A DNA stretch of 64,000 nucleotides from Lama guanicoe (Eukaryota), in NCBI GenBank assembly GCA_013239625.1, contig MU055530.1, positions 280,678 through 344,677 of the forward strand. Reading direction: 5' to 3'. Position 1 is the first letter of the stretch. The number at the start of each line of letters is the position of its first letter. Positions 25,753-36,457 of the stretch are shown piece after piece. The notes under the pieces were generated by a model that worked only from the letters and a program-made list of their open reading frames with translations, was not told where the DNA came from and searched no databases. Both the position numbers and the translations under genes were made by a program.

Positions 25753-26389
25753 ATCCGCCTCACTGGAATGCTGTGCTCTCAGCATCCGCCTCCCCCTCGC
25801 TCCCGTTGGACAAGGTCAGCACACTCTGAAATTCTGTTGCTGAGCTGTCTGTATACCAACCGGCTTTTTTCTTTGTCTGTAAGTGGTAAGCATTGCCACC
25901 CTTGTTGCTGAGAACTGCTTTCTTTTCTTCTGTTTCTAATCCACGAGGTGACAGGGAAGAGTAGGTTGATGATGTGGTTTGGAGCAGCCTTGGAGTGGAG
26001 GTTTGGCTGAGCCCCCAGGCTCACTCCATTGTGTTGGACAGGAGCTTAACCCTGACCTCTGAAAACTGCTTTACCGGGGTATGGCAGTAAGGGCCAGTAA
26101 CCGCAGGGTTTTTGCTCCAGCCAGGGATTCACCTTGTGTGACTTGGGTGGGAGGCTGGTCCGCGCATGGTCCTTTCAGGTCTTTGGGTCAGGATGGGACG
26201 GCAAGTCTGTTTTATAGGTAGGTGGGCTGTGCACTCTGGTTACTCTCTGGTATTTGAGTCCCTGGTATGAGTGTGGTCCGCCCTCCCTGTCGGTTTACTC
26301 AAACCTCGGTTTGCGGTCCAGTTGCCTGTAGAAGCTTCAGGTGTAGGTAGGCATCCTGAGTTCACCTACTGTTTTAACTTTATTTTTGA

Positions 26390-26570
26390 AGCACGTTGAC
26401 TGACGACCTGCCACATAGCAAACATTGTGTTATTTTTGTCATTTATTATTAATTAATCCTTTCAGCAACCTTTTGAGGTAGGGTTTTCCAGTTTTGTAGA
26501 TGAGGAAACTGAGGCTAAGGAGGGTTAGCTAGCTAGCGGTGGAGTTGGCATTTAACCTAGCTCTCTTGGT
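26390..26570 (-). mobile_element. MIR SINE
   Basis: ttaatcctttcagcaaccttttgaggtagg..ttttgtagatgaggaaactgaggctaaggagggttag. Confidence 0.75.
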
Positions 26571-26789
26571 GTCGGGACGTTCTCCATCCACCGCGCCATC
26601 TCTGACAGCAGCATGTTGGAGAAGGTGGCAGCCACCTGGCGGGGGCGGGCGGAGCAGAGCGTCTCCTCACGCTCACCAGGGATGCGAGTCTGCTTACGAA
26701 CAGCAGAAGGAAGCGCTGTTCCTTTACATGCCAGAGGCAGAGCCTTGCCCGGATGCCTTTACTCTCCCTGGATGCTAAGCCTAGTCTGA

Positions 26790-27005
26790 ACTATTGAGGT
26801 TTAAATTGTTGGCATTCTAGAAATTGTCAAACACATAGAACCAGAGAGACCAGTAGACTCTTACATCTACCGCTCAGGTCCTGGAATTATCAGGATTTTG
26901 CAGTTGCTTTCTCTGTTCTTCTGTAGTTTTTATTTTTTCTATTTATACTTTTTTTTTTTTTGGCTGGAATATTTCAGAACAATACGGAAGACAGTTTTAC
27001 CATCG
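26790..27005 (-). mobile_element. L1MC/L1ME 3' fragment
   Basis: aaattgtcaaacacatagaaccagagaga..ttttggctggaatatttcagaacaa. Confidence 0.5.
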
Positions 27006-27489
27006 GCTCATCTCCCTGATCTGTGTGGCATTTCTTCTTCCTTTGGATTAGTTTCTTACCTTTGTGTATCATGTGGTGGTTGGGTATTTATTTTACTTAA
27101 AGATACTTATAGGATCTAATCATATGCCAATACCCTTTTCTAAGTCCTTTACAAATATGAGCCAGCTTACTCCTCATCAGAATCTTATGAAGTAGATATT
27201 TTTTTCTTAGAGATTTTAGAGGCTGTGTTTTTTTTTTTTTAAAGAGATTTTTCATTTGGAGATGAAACTGAGGCACAGAACCTGAGAGTAGCCTGCCCTG
27301 GGTCATTCAGTGGTCTAGCTGGCCTTCAAACTCAGGCTATGTAGTTTCATAATCTGTGTTCTTAGTTGCCATCCTGTGTTAGAAATATGATTAATGTAAA
27401 AGCCGTCACTGTCATCTGTTCCCTGATGGTGCTAAGTTACAGGAAGGAAAAAACTAGTTTCTGGCCTCCAGATGCTCCCTGTATGATGG

Positions 27490-28000
27490 GGAGAAGGACT
27501 TGGAGACTAGTAACTGCAGCACAGAGGAGTAAATGTTGTAATGGTTATGTGTAGGATTGAGTGGGAATGTGAAAGGAAGATCATACAGGACTCCTGGGGA
27601 AATTAAGGTTGGCTTCACAGAGGCTGTGATCCTGAATCTCCTATCAGAGGATGGATGAGGGGGAGAAAATTCAGGTAGACGCGACATCCTGGGCCTCAAG
27701 GTGAGAACACGGATAGGACTGGAGAAAGATGGATGTGGCACTGGACTTCTCAGGCAGTAAGATTATGAAGGCACTGACTTGCCTGCTAAAAAGCTCTGAG
27801 TCAATCCTGCTCCTAGTAGGGAGCTGCTGATGGATTTTAAGCAGAGAAGAAACAGGGTGAGATTTGTAGGTTAACTAAGCTCTCTCTGGGGGCAGTATAG
27901 AGGATGGATTGGGAGGAGGTGTGACTGGATGCCTTTTCAGTCGTGCTGGTAAGAAAAGCTGGGGCCTCACCTGTGGGAATGGAGAGAGTGGATCTGAGAG
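27490..28000 (-). mobile_element. L2 LINE fragment
   Basis: ggcttcacagaggctgtgatcctgaatct..gggagctgctgatggattttaagcagagaag..gagatttgtagg. Confidence 0.6.
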
Positions 28001-28136
28001 GTGAGGACCCAGGGGGTCCTTGTTATGCAAGTGTTCATTATTTGATTTTCTGAATTACGAGGTTGCCTAGTAAATCAGCAGTGGTCATAACCTTAAATTT
28101 TCACTAATGAATCGATCACTTATAAAAACAGTCCAA

Positions 28137-28608
28137 GTGGGCGAATATACTTTAAGGTGACCCCCAGTGCATTATGCCATTGTGTAAGCCCCTCCATGGG
28201 TATGTCACATTATATAATTTTAGCAGAGTGGAGCAAGAACTTCTGCAGACTTTGAAGAAGTGAGCTGCCATGTTTAGGGGTGTGGGTCATGTGGAAAGGA
28301 ACTGTGGGCAGCCTCTAGGAACTGAGAGTGACCCCCAGCTGACAGCCAGAGAGAAAATGGGGGCCTCAGTCCTATAACTGCAGGAAACTGAATTCTGCCA
28401 ACAACCATATGAGTTTTGAAGAGGACCCCAAGCTCCAGAGTGAAATACAGCCTGGTTGATAGCATGATGGCCTGTGAGACCCTGGACAGAAGACTCAGGT
28501 AAGCAGTACCTGGACTCCTGACCCAGGGGAACAGGGAGATAGTAAATGTGTTGTCTTAAGCTGAGAAGTTTTTGGTAATTTGTTTCACAGCAACAGAGAA
28601 CTAAGAGT
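28137..28608 (+). mobile_element. MaLR LTR, MLT1E/F-type (sense orientation)
   Basis: gaagaagtgagctgccatgt..gcagcctctaggaactgagagtgacccccagctgacagccag..gaattctgccaacaacc..ggtaatttgtttcacagcaacagagaactaa. Confidence 0.8.
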
Positions 28609-29679
28609 TTCCATTCAGTTATCTTCCCTCTAACACCAGTATCTGTTCTTGTCCATCCCCGAGGTCTGTCAGCCAGTGTTTGCTCTCAGATATGGCAGTA
28701 CAATGCAAATTTCATGCAAATAATCTTTCAAAGTTAAATTGCAAATCTTTCAACAGATGTAGGATTATGGATAGTCAATAAAAGGATTGCTGGAGAACTG
28801 CTCAAACCATTCTACAGACAAATAAGGATCGAGCAGGGCTAGACCCCGCTCATAATTGGCGAGAAAAACAGCCAGCAGGCTGACAAGAAACCAGTCTCGA
28901 GAGAGAAGGATTTGAATATCTTTGAATATTAAGAAACACCTTTGGAGAAAATGTAAGCCTTTAAATAATTTTTGCAAATAGTAACCCTCTGTGTATTAGT
29001 GTTGTGTGAAAGTCAGAGGAGAAGTGAAGGATGTCATGTTATTCTGCAGTTTTGTTGCAATAAGGGTAAAATTGCAACAATAAATCAGTAATTCTTAGTC
29101 CACTCTAAGAATTAACGCAACATTCAATATAACCTAAATGTTTCACATTTTTTATAGTGTTTTACGTTTGAAATAATCCTATTTGCATAATTTTTACTTC
29201 ATTTAGAAAGATTGTCTTGATCAGCTCTTTTATTTTTTTCACTATTAGCTGTGAAGATTTGGTTCCCAGTTTCAAGAGCCTTTACAGGACCAGCTGCCCC
29301 TGGATAATAGTGACTGAGGGCCTTCTGTAGTAGACAATAGCGTAACAATGGTAGACAGTTACCAGGAAATAGATTTTGGGTCCCCTTCCTGGGAAGGAGT
29401 CCAGAATGTCCATTTTATTTCATTCATGGCTTTGTGAGCCATCAGAATCTCTGATGCTCTTAAGATTTCTGTTTAGTATTTTCCTGACATGAGACAGGAA
29501 CAGTGGTGGGCCACCCAGTACTGCCTGAGTTCAAGTGCACATAATATCTTTTCTGGTGATATCCTAGGAAGGGTTCATCTTATGAAGGACTCTGGAAAAT
29601 GCCTGGATAGAAATGGAAAAGTCCCACTTTGCATTGGTGGTGGGCGTGTGTTTTTCACAATGCTTTTGTTAACCATTTT

Positions 29680-30002
29680 TCCAGGCAAAGGAACGAGACA
29701 AATCCCACAAGGAGAACTAAGTGATGAGAAGATAGGCAGTCTACTCAAGAAAGAGTTCAGAGAAATGATTGTGAAGAAGATCAGATAATTCAGGAGGAGA
29801 ATGGATGCACAGAGCAGGAAGTTAGAATTTTTTAGCAGAGTTAGAAAATATAAAGAACAGCCAAACTGAGATGAAGAACACAATCACTGAAATGAATAAC
29901 ACACTAGAAGGGACCAAGTGCTAAATGAGGCAGAAGAACAGATCAGTGAGCTAGAAGATGGGAAATCACTACCACAGAACAGAAAAAAGGGGAAAAAAAA
30001 AG
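29680..30002 (+). mobile_element. Isolated L1 ORF1 N-terminal (coiled-coil) fragment, laurasiatherian L1
   Basis: Frameshifted translation gives ..KERDK..ELSDEKIGSLLKKEFREMIVKKIR..TEMKNTITEMNNTLEG..EAEEQISELED, resembling L1 ORF1 (QMKEQDKTPEKQLNEVEIGNLPEKEFRIMIVKMIQ...NNTITEMKNTLEG...EAEERISDLED). Ends in an A-rich run. Confidence 0.85.
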
Positions 30003-30559
30003 ACAGTGCTTTTATAACCACTTTAATTTCAGTCCTCAGGGCTGTGGAGCCACCGACCTTCCTCGTTTACTAGGAAGTAAAGGCCTGGAGAGACTAGAAT
30101 GCAAGATCACGTGGTTAATTACTCACAGGCCCAGAATCTGACTGATTGTTAGCAATAATTGTCACTGTTACGGCAGTCACCACTTCCGGTGTCTGCTGTC
30201 TCACAGGCACTGTTGAGGGTGCTGATGCACATATGGTATTTAATCTTTCCAACCAGTCACAATACTGTCAGGTCAAAGAAAACTGAGACTTGAGTGGGTT
30301 ACTTGCTTCTGCTGAGTGGAGAAGCTGGGATTTGAATCCCACTTGTCCTGACTCCAGCACCTTACTCTTCCCACCACATCGTGGAGGTGTTCTAACCAAC
30401 GTCCTCTCTACTCCACTGATAGTGTGGCTGGCACGATTGGAAAGGTCTCCGTAGGATGCCTGTAGAGGATGTGTTGTACACGGTGTTTGTGGCCTTGGCT
30501 GACACGAAGCTGTTCTGTGAGGCTTGCTTATTAACTAATTTGACTTAGTGATCAAACTG

Positions 30560-30720
30560 TGCAGGACTTTGTGCATTCTGGATTTTAAAAGTTTTTTATT
30601 ATGCATTATATCAAATTTACCACTGTATGAGTGGAAATTAAACTTTATGTAGTTTTTATATGTTGTAATATTTCTTCAAATAAATCTCTCCTGTAAATTT
30701 AAAAAAACCCAAAACAAAAC
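30560..30720 (+). pseudogene. Retroposed mRNA 3'-UTR end (processed-pseudogene fragment), parent gene not identified
   Basis: AU-rich UTR-like sequence not resembling a TE I know, AATAAA at 30679-30684, 16 nt spacer, then a decayed poly(A) tail AAAAAAACCCAAAACAAAAC (30701-30720). 5' boundary uncertain; no clean TSD. Confidence 0.6.
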
Positions 30721-30857
30721 ACAGTTGCCCTGTTTTCTGATATCTCCCCTGAGATTGACTGAGGTGAGAGGTTTCCAGGAAATCAAGGCTGAAGATTTGT
30801 TACTGTGTGTGCTGCACTGGGAAGCATGATTCTAACTGTTGAATAATCAAGATAATG

Positions 30858-31166
30858 TCTATGTTGTTTTCTATTGGTGCAGTGACAAATTACCAAAAAC
30901 TTAGCGATGTAACCTAGATGTATGATTTTACATTTGTACTGTCTCACAAATGTATGAGTCTCCCTGGGCTAAAATCAAGGTGTCTGCCAGGCTGGGTTCC
31001 TTTCTAGGGGAACATCTTTTTCCTTGTCTTTTCCAGTTTCAAGAAGCTGCTGGCATTCCTTGCCTCATGGCCCCTTCCTCTGTTTTCAAAGTCAGCATCA
31101 TATGTTCTGCAGATGAGGATGTGGACATCTTTGTGGGGGTCAGCGAGCATTATTTTGCGTATCCCA
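30858..31166 (-). mobile_element. MaLR LTR, MLT1C/D-type, internally deleted
   Basis: ttttctattggtgcagtgacaaattaccaaaaacttag..gggctaaaatcaaggtgtctgccaggctgggttcc..ggcattccttgcctcatggccccttcctc..ggatgtggacatctttg. Confidence 0.75.
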
Positions 31167-32084
31167 GTCTGTTTGGTGATGCTAATTGTCAGCATATGTT
31201 AATTTTATGGTAAACTGATTTTACCATATTTCCTAGAGCTTTAATGGATTACTCTTGTCTCTTGATCAGTAACCCGGTTCCTTGAGGAGCTCCAGAATCT
31301 TGATGAGGGTTAGCCGAACACTTAGACAAAGGGCTGGACTATAGGGAGGCTGCGAAGTCAGCAGTTGGGTCCTCATTCCTGGGCTGTGATGTTCTCCTGC
31401 TCTGCATGTTGGGACAGGTGGCATAGCCTTCTACCTCTGATTGTATATAATTTTTAAAGTAACATTTATGCATATATACACACACAATATAAAAAGCCAA
31501 AGATACTGATGAGGAATGACATGGGATTTGTGGTGAAGAAACAAATCATACAGATTCAGTAGGGAATGCATGTATATCACCCAATTCCCTACTCTGGAAT
31601 CAGGTTTTAATTCTGACCTCTGGCTGACACCTCCTTTCTCCTCTTTCAGGAGGCACTGAGGGTCTGAGTTTCCCAAGATGCACTGGGAGCACATCCTAAA
31701 AGAGGCTGATCTTGATTATAAGCCATTGCCTGGGAGGCAGAAAAGCAAATTCTTTCCTCCTCCTCCTTTCATAGTTGTTTTTCTTAACTTTTTGTTTATA
31801 TATATATTTGCAAGCATTAAAATAACACTGGTAATTAAGACATCAGGATAGGGTGGTCCTGGTGTGATGGGTCTATATCCAGCAACATATGTTCAAGACC
31901 TCAGGAAACACACAGTGAAACTGCATCCTGGTTGGCACCGTGTTATAAATGTGTGTTGCTGGGCAGAAATCCTAATGTCACCGCTCTGGGTTCTGAGATG
32001 TTGTGATCATCTCCCACAAATGAGTGTTTAAAACCTGTGAGACATTTCCACAGAGCACTGAGTTATTTTTAAGTAACTTCTGGG

Positions 32085-32640
32085 TTTTTTTTTTTTTGAT
32101 ATGAAGTCTGATTCACATTTATTACATAAATTTTTTTAGAAAGATGGGGAGAAAAGGAAAACAACTTACTGGTAATCTCACTGGCTGGAAGTAGCTACCG
32201 TAAAGCCCATTGGTGTCTGCCTTCTAGATTGTAATTTTAACAAAAATGGAATTTTTTTTTAAATGAGCTCTTGTTGAAGATTTTGTAATCTTTTTTAAAA
32301 CTTAATATTTTATAAGATTAATGTCGTTGAGTGATCCTTTGCATCATCATTTTTAATGGCTGAATATGTTTACATTCTCGTAAGTGGATATAGCATAATT
32401 TATGTAACCAGGTCCTCATTGTTTGACATTTAGTTTGTTTCTAGTTTCCCACAGCTCTCTCTCAGCGTCCTTGAGTTATGTCATTGAATACATTCAGAAT
32501 TGCTCTTTTATAATAAATTACTAACTGGAGTTGTTGCATTTAAGGGTATGTAGCATTCTAAGGCTTTGGATACATGTGTTGCCAAACTCCCCTCCCTCTT
32601 AAATACTGTACCATCTGAGTCTAAGAGTGTGCTAAAGTCT
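32085..32640 (-). mobile_element. L1ME-type fragment
   Basis: catttttaatggctgaata..cataatttatgtaaccaggtcctcattgtttgacatttagtttgtttctagtttc..taaggctttggatacatgtgttgccaaact. Confidence 0.7.
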
Positions 32641-34159
32641 CTGCTGCTCTCGAATGTGCAGAGGTATGTCACAGACATCTGAAGCTGGCTGAACAGAGGA
32701 CACTGGGGACAGTTCATGGAAACATAGGTCACCGATGGTGAGCTGGAATCTGAGTCACAGTGGCCTTGCAGTTGCAGCAGGTGTCTAGAGCCCATGACCA
32801 GTTGCCTGCTGCCTTGATTTAAAATTTCCAGCATCTGGGATGCCATGTGATGTGCTGGACAGAAGCCAGACTGTGTATGCCCCTGCCTGATTCAGCTACA
32901 CTCACACAGCCATGAAGAGATCAGAAATAAGAAAGCATTTGGAAGAGTTCCCAGGACCACAAGAATATATGGTGAACGTGGTATAACGTCTTCCTGCTCC
33001 TGTCCCTGGCTTGCTGTTCTTACCACGAGGTGCTCTCTTTCTGGCAGAGAGAACTAGCAGCAACCAGCGTTAAAACAGATTGAATCACCCATTGAGTGTT
33101 TTCCTGTCTTCCTGGTGGAGAAAGGGGCTGGACTCTTGAAAATTGGGACTGATTCTCACTGATGTTTAGGACCTCAGCAGAAATGGCCTCTGGTCAGATG
33201 GCATGCTGGAGTTTTCAGATAAAAGATGCGATTTTGTATAAGCAAATGATGCCCTTTGCAATCATTTTGCAAATTATCTGTGGCTTGCTGGGAAACTAGC
33301 TCAGTATTCTGTCCCACAAATTTCTGCCTAGTGACCTTAATCTTCCTATATTTCTGTTGCTGGAGTTGGGCCCGTACATAGTCTCTTCATGGGCTGTTTT
33401 CATAAAGCTTGATTAATGTTCTATTGTTAATGTCCTTTATAAGACCTGGACACTTGCTTTATTGAAATGGAACTTTGAGACTGCAGGGGCAGCTCTCCTG
33501 TTTGTCACATGGCCTAAGACCCAACTCCAGCAAACTCCAGCTAAATTTTGCAACTTTGATGCAAGAGAACAGTCTGGCTGGCAACTGTTAAATCTTCAGG
33601 AAAAAACGACCAAAGTGGTGTGAACATAGGCTGCACGTGTAGTGGCATTACATGCCATCCTTGAGGTGCAGTAAGTTTTACTGAACGATACCAGTGTGAT
33701 AAACATTACCATTTTCCTTCAAATGTTGAACCATTTGCTGATATTAAAATTATTTTCCACAAATTTGGATTTGCATTATAGTATATATGTTGTGTTATTT
33801 CTATCACATCATTTTACCTTACGGTGATATATCTAAGAATGGTCTTTTACGTGTTGAACGTGTTATTAATAACAACCCAGAAATTATCACTTGAAAGCAC
33901 CTTTATAGAAAGCAGAAGTAATATCCTTATCTAGGCAGACTTCATCTGTTTGAAACATGGAAAAAGCTTAAGGTGCTCATTAAATTCTTCTAATGATTTA
34001 TTACAGAAACTGTGGCATATTTTTGTCAGTGCTCTGCTAATTCTTATTTTAAGCAAACTAGTTTTTTTTTTAAATCATTTAGATGCAAAAGAACAACCTT
34101 TGCATACAGAGCTAGAATTCTCATACTTAATGAGTGTGGACTGTGCCTGGTGTTTCAAC

Positions 34160-34650
34160 AAATATTCATTTAAACAACAAATATTTGAGTATCACTATCT
34201 GACGGTATTCTAAGTGTTGGGAAACAGATGGGTGAGGCCTCACTTCTCGTGGAACTTATGTTCAAGTGGAGAAGACTCATTACAGTACAACTGTGTAATA
34301 AGGAAGGTAATATCGGATGGTGGTAATTAAGTCTTGTGAGGGAAGTAAAAGGGATAATGTGACCGAGAGTGACACTGGGGGAGGGTGGGTGGGTGCACTT
34401 TGGAGGTGTCTGCAAAGGACTTTCTGAAGACGTGTAATTCAAGCTAAAGCCTAAAAGTTGACGAAGAGCTAGCCGTGCCAAGATCTGTTCATGGCTGAGG
34501 GATCAGCAGGTACAAGACTGAGAGGCAGAAGCGAGCCTGGCCTCTTCCAGCAACAGAAGGAAAATCCACGTAGAGTGTGGTGGGTGAGAGCGACACGTGG
34601 TTGCAGAGGTGGGCAGGCCCAGGTCATGGAGGGCCTTCTAGGCTGTGGCG
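34160..34650 (-). mobile_element. L2 LINE 3' region
   Basis: caacaaatatttgagtatcactatctgacggtattctaagtgttggg..ggaacttatgttcaagtggagaagac..ggactttctgaagacgtgtaattcaagctaaagcctaaaag. Confidence 0.8.
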
Positions 34651-35957
34651 GGACGGGGTTTCTCAACGTTTTTGTACCCCAGGCCTATAAATTGGCAGCC
34701 AGTGAGATTTTGTGGAGTTTTACTTTTAGTAGTTGGTATTACAAAAATCATGTAACTTTTACAGCACTTGCCTTACCCTCCACATAGAGCAGGCTTCATC
34801 TCTTCTCTGTGGAAGCCCTGCAGGTGTTTGGTGCCCCGAGCTCTCTGGGCTATAACATCTTTAGTTTTCTCAGCCGTCCTTTCCTGTGTGGATGGATTCT
34901 TCAGTCCTGGGGCTTCTCTTTTCTCTGAACACATTTTGTCTGAGGACTTTAGAAATACGTGACATTTTGGTGATGTGAGGAGGGCAGCGGAAGAGGGGTG
35001 AGATATTAGGGTAAATGAAGTCAGGGTTTTTGAAAGCAGTGTCTGTTTCCAGAAGCGAGGGATCCCCATCGTGTAGCTTTTCTGGAGTCCTGAATGAGGA
35101 GAGACCCCCAATAGACAGAATCTGACAGTTGTTCCCCTGCTAAGACCATCCACTACCCCATAGCTGAACTTGCCCGTATTAGCATTATTTAAATCAGCTC
35201 TTCTCTTGAACTCAGGTTGATTTTCTTTTAGCGTTTCAGAGTGCCCATACCGCTAATGCTTTCAGACAACAACATTCAGATCTGAAAGCACCCCTGAATT
35301 TAAGAGGCAGGTACGGCTCCAAGGATCTTTCCATTCCCAACCCTCTACTTCACCTTCTTCCCTGGGTCGTGTTTTCCACGACTTTCTTCTGAGCATTCTT
35401 TTTCTGGGGGTCTGTCCTGCTTGAAAGTGCTTTCTGCCTAATGCACTGCAGTGCAGGGGCCTGGTGGGGGCGGCCACCCTGCTTGTTTCTTTCTGTTTCT
35501 TCTCCATAACCCATAGATCTGCCATGACAAGGTTCTGTCCACTGGCTGCTTACTGCTGGCACCAGCGTGGAGGTCCAGGGGGAGAGGATTCCTCTGGTTC
35601 CCCAGGACTCTGTGTGTGTATTCATTGATTTACTGAGTTGCTAAAGGAGCTGTGTTTGGGCTGGCAGAGGAAGATAAGGGATTCCAGAAATTCCTGCTGC
35701 TTTCTCGCAGATAGCTGGATAAATTCCCTTCCTCTTCCTCCCCCATGAAAGAGGCCTGGGGGCAAGAGGGAGTTGAGATCAGATTGGTCCTGTGATTGAC
35801 CTCTTTGTGTTTGTCACTGACTCTTGATCCTTCTGATCAAGATGATTTATTGGCCCATTAATTCTATTAATAATTATTATTATTGTCATTACAGTTACAC
35901 CATTCATGTAGCCTAGGCATTGCCTTGTTTGTTCATTTAGAATTAGATAATGTAGGC

Positions 35958-36088
35958 GGGGGAGGAAGGTATAGCTTAGTGGTAGAGCACATGCTTAGCA
36001 TGCACAAGGTCCTGGGTTCAATCCCCAGGACCTCCTCTGAAAAATAAAGAAAGAAAGAAACCTAGTTACTGCCCTCTCTCCCCCGGAA
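35958..36088 (+). mobile_element. tRNA-Ala(AGC)-derived SINE, camelid Vic-1 type, with 14-bp TSD
   Basis: GGGGGAGGAAGGTATAGCTTAGTGGTAGAGCACATGCTTAGCATGCACAAGGTCCTGGGTTCAATCCCCAGGACCTCC contains A box TAGCTTAGTGG and B box GGTTCAATCCC, followed by an A-rich linker and CCTAGTTACT..CCCC. Perfect TSD TAGATAATGTAGGC at 35944-35957 and 36089-36102. Confidence 0.9.
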
Positions 36089-36270
36089 TAGATAATGTAG
36101 GCCAAAATGCTTGCATAGATCCTGGCTTGGTGTTCAACTAACAAGCGCACTGCCACTCACATGGGGGTGATTGTCTCCTTAGAGTTAAGGGAATTATTTG
36201 GGCGTTTCCATCAGTGAGAGGTTTTTTGTTCCCCCAACTCTGAATCCTGGATTACCTGAGTGGTCTAGTC

Positions 36271-36457
36271 CAGTGGTTCTCAAAGTGTGGTCCCCAGACC
36301 AGCAAGCAGCAAGCTCACCTGGGAACTTTTAGAAATGCAGGGTCTCGGGTCCTACCCAAGACCTACTGAGCCAGAAACTCTGGGGGTGGGGCCCAGCAAT
36401 CTGCTTTAACAGGCTCTCTAGGCGATTCTGATGTATGTTCGAGTTTGAGAACCGCTG
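36271..36457. mobile_element. MER5A hAT-Charlie DNA transposon (MITE)
   Basis: TIRs CAGTGGTTCTCAAA ... TTTGAGAACCGCTG; internal agacctactgagccagaaactctgggggtggggcccagcaatctg. Confidence 0.92.

Noticed and set aside
28765-28977. 70-aa minus-strand ORF within the octamer/hairpin element
   Set aside because: Non-ATG start, no recognisable domain, no splice context.
29489-29788. 99-aa ORF ending ...KKEFREMIVKKIR
   Set aside because: The C-terminus is decayed L1 ORF1 and the rest is intronic; not a gene.
33240-33280. Imperfect hairpin gcaaatgatgc..gcaatcattttgc
   Set aside because: Needs two bulges in AT-rich sequence; within chance expectation.
35960-36036. Functional tRNA-Ala(AGC) gene
   Set aside because: Has a SINE-type 3' extension, a TSD, acceptor-stem irregularities and no oligo-T terminator; it is a SINE.
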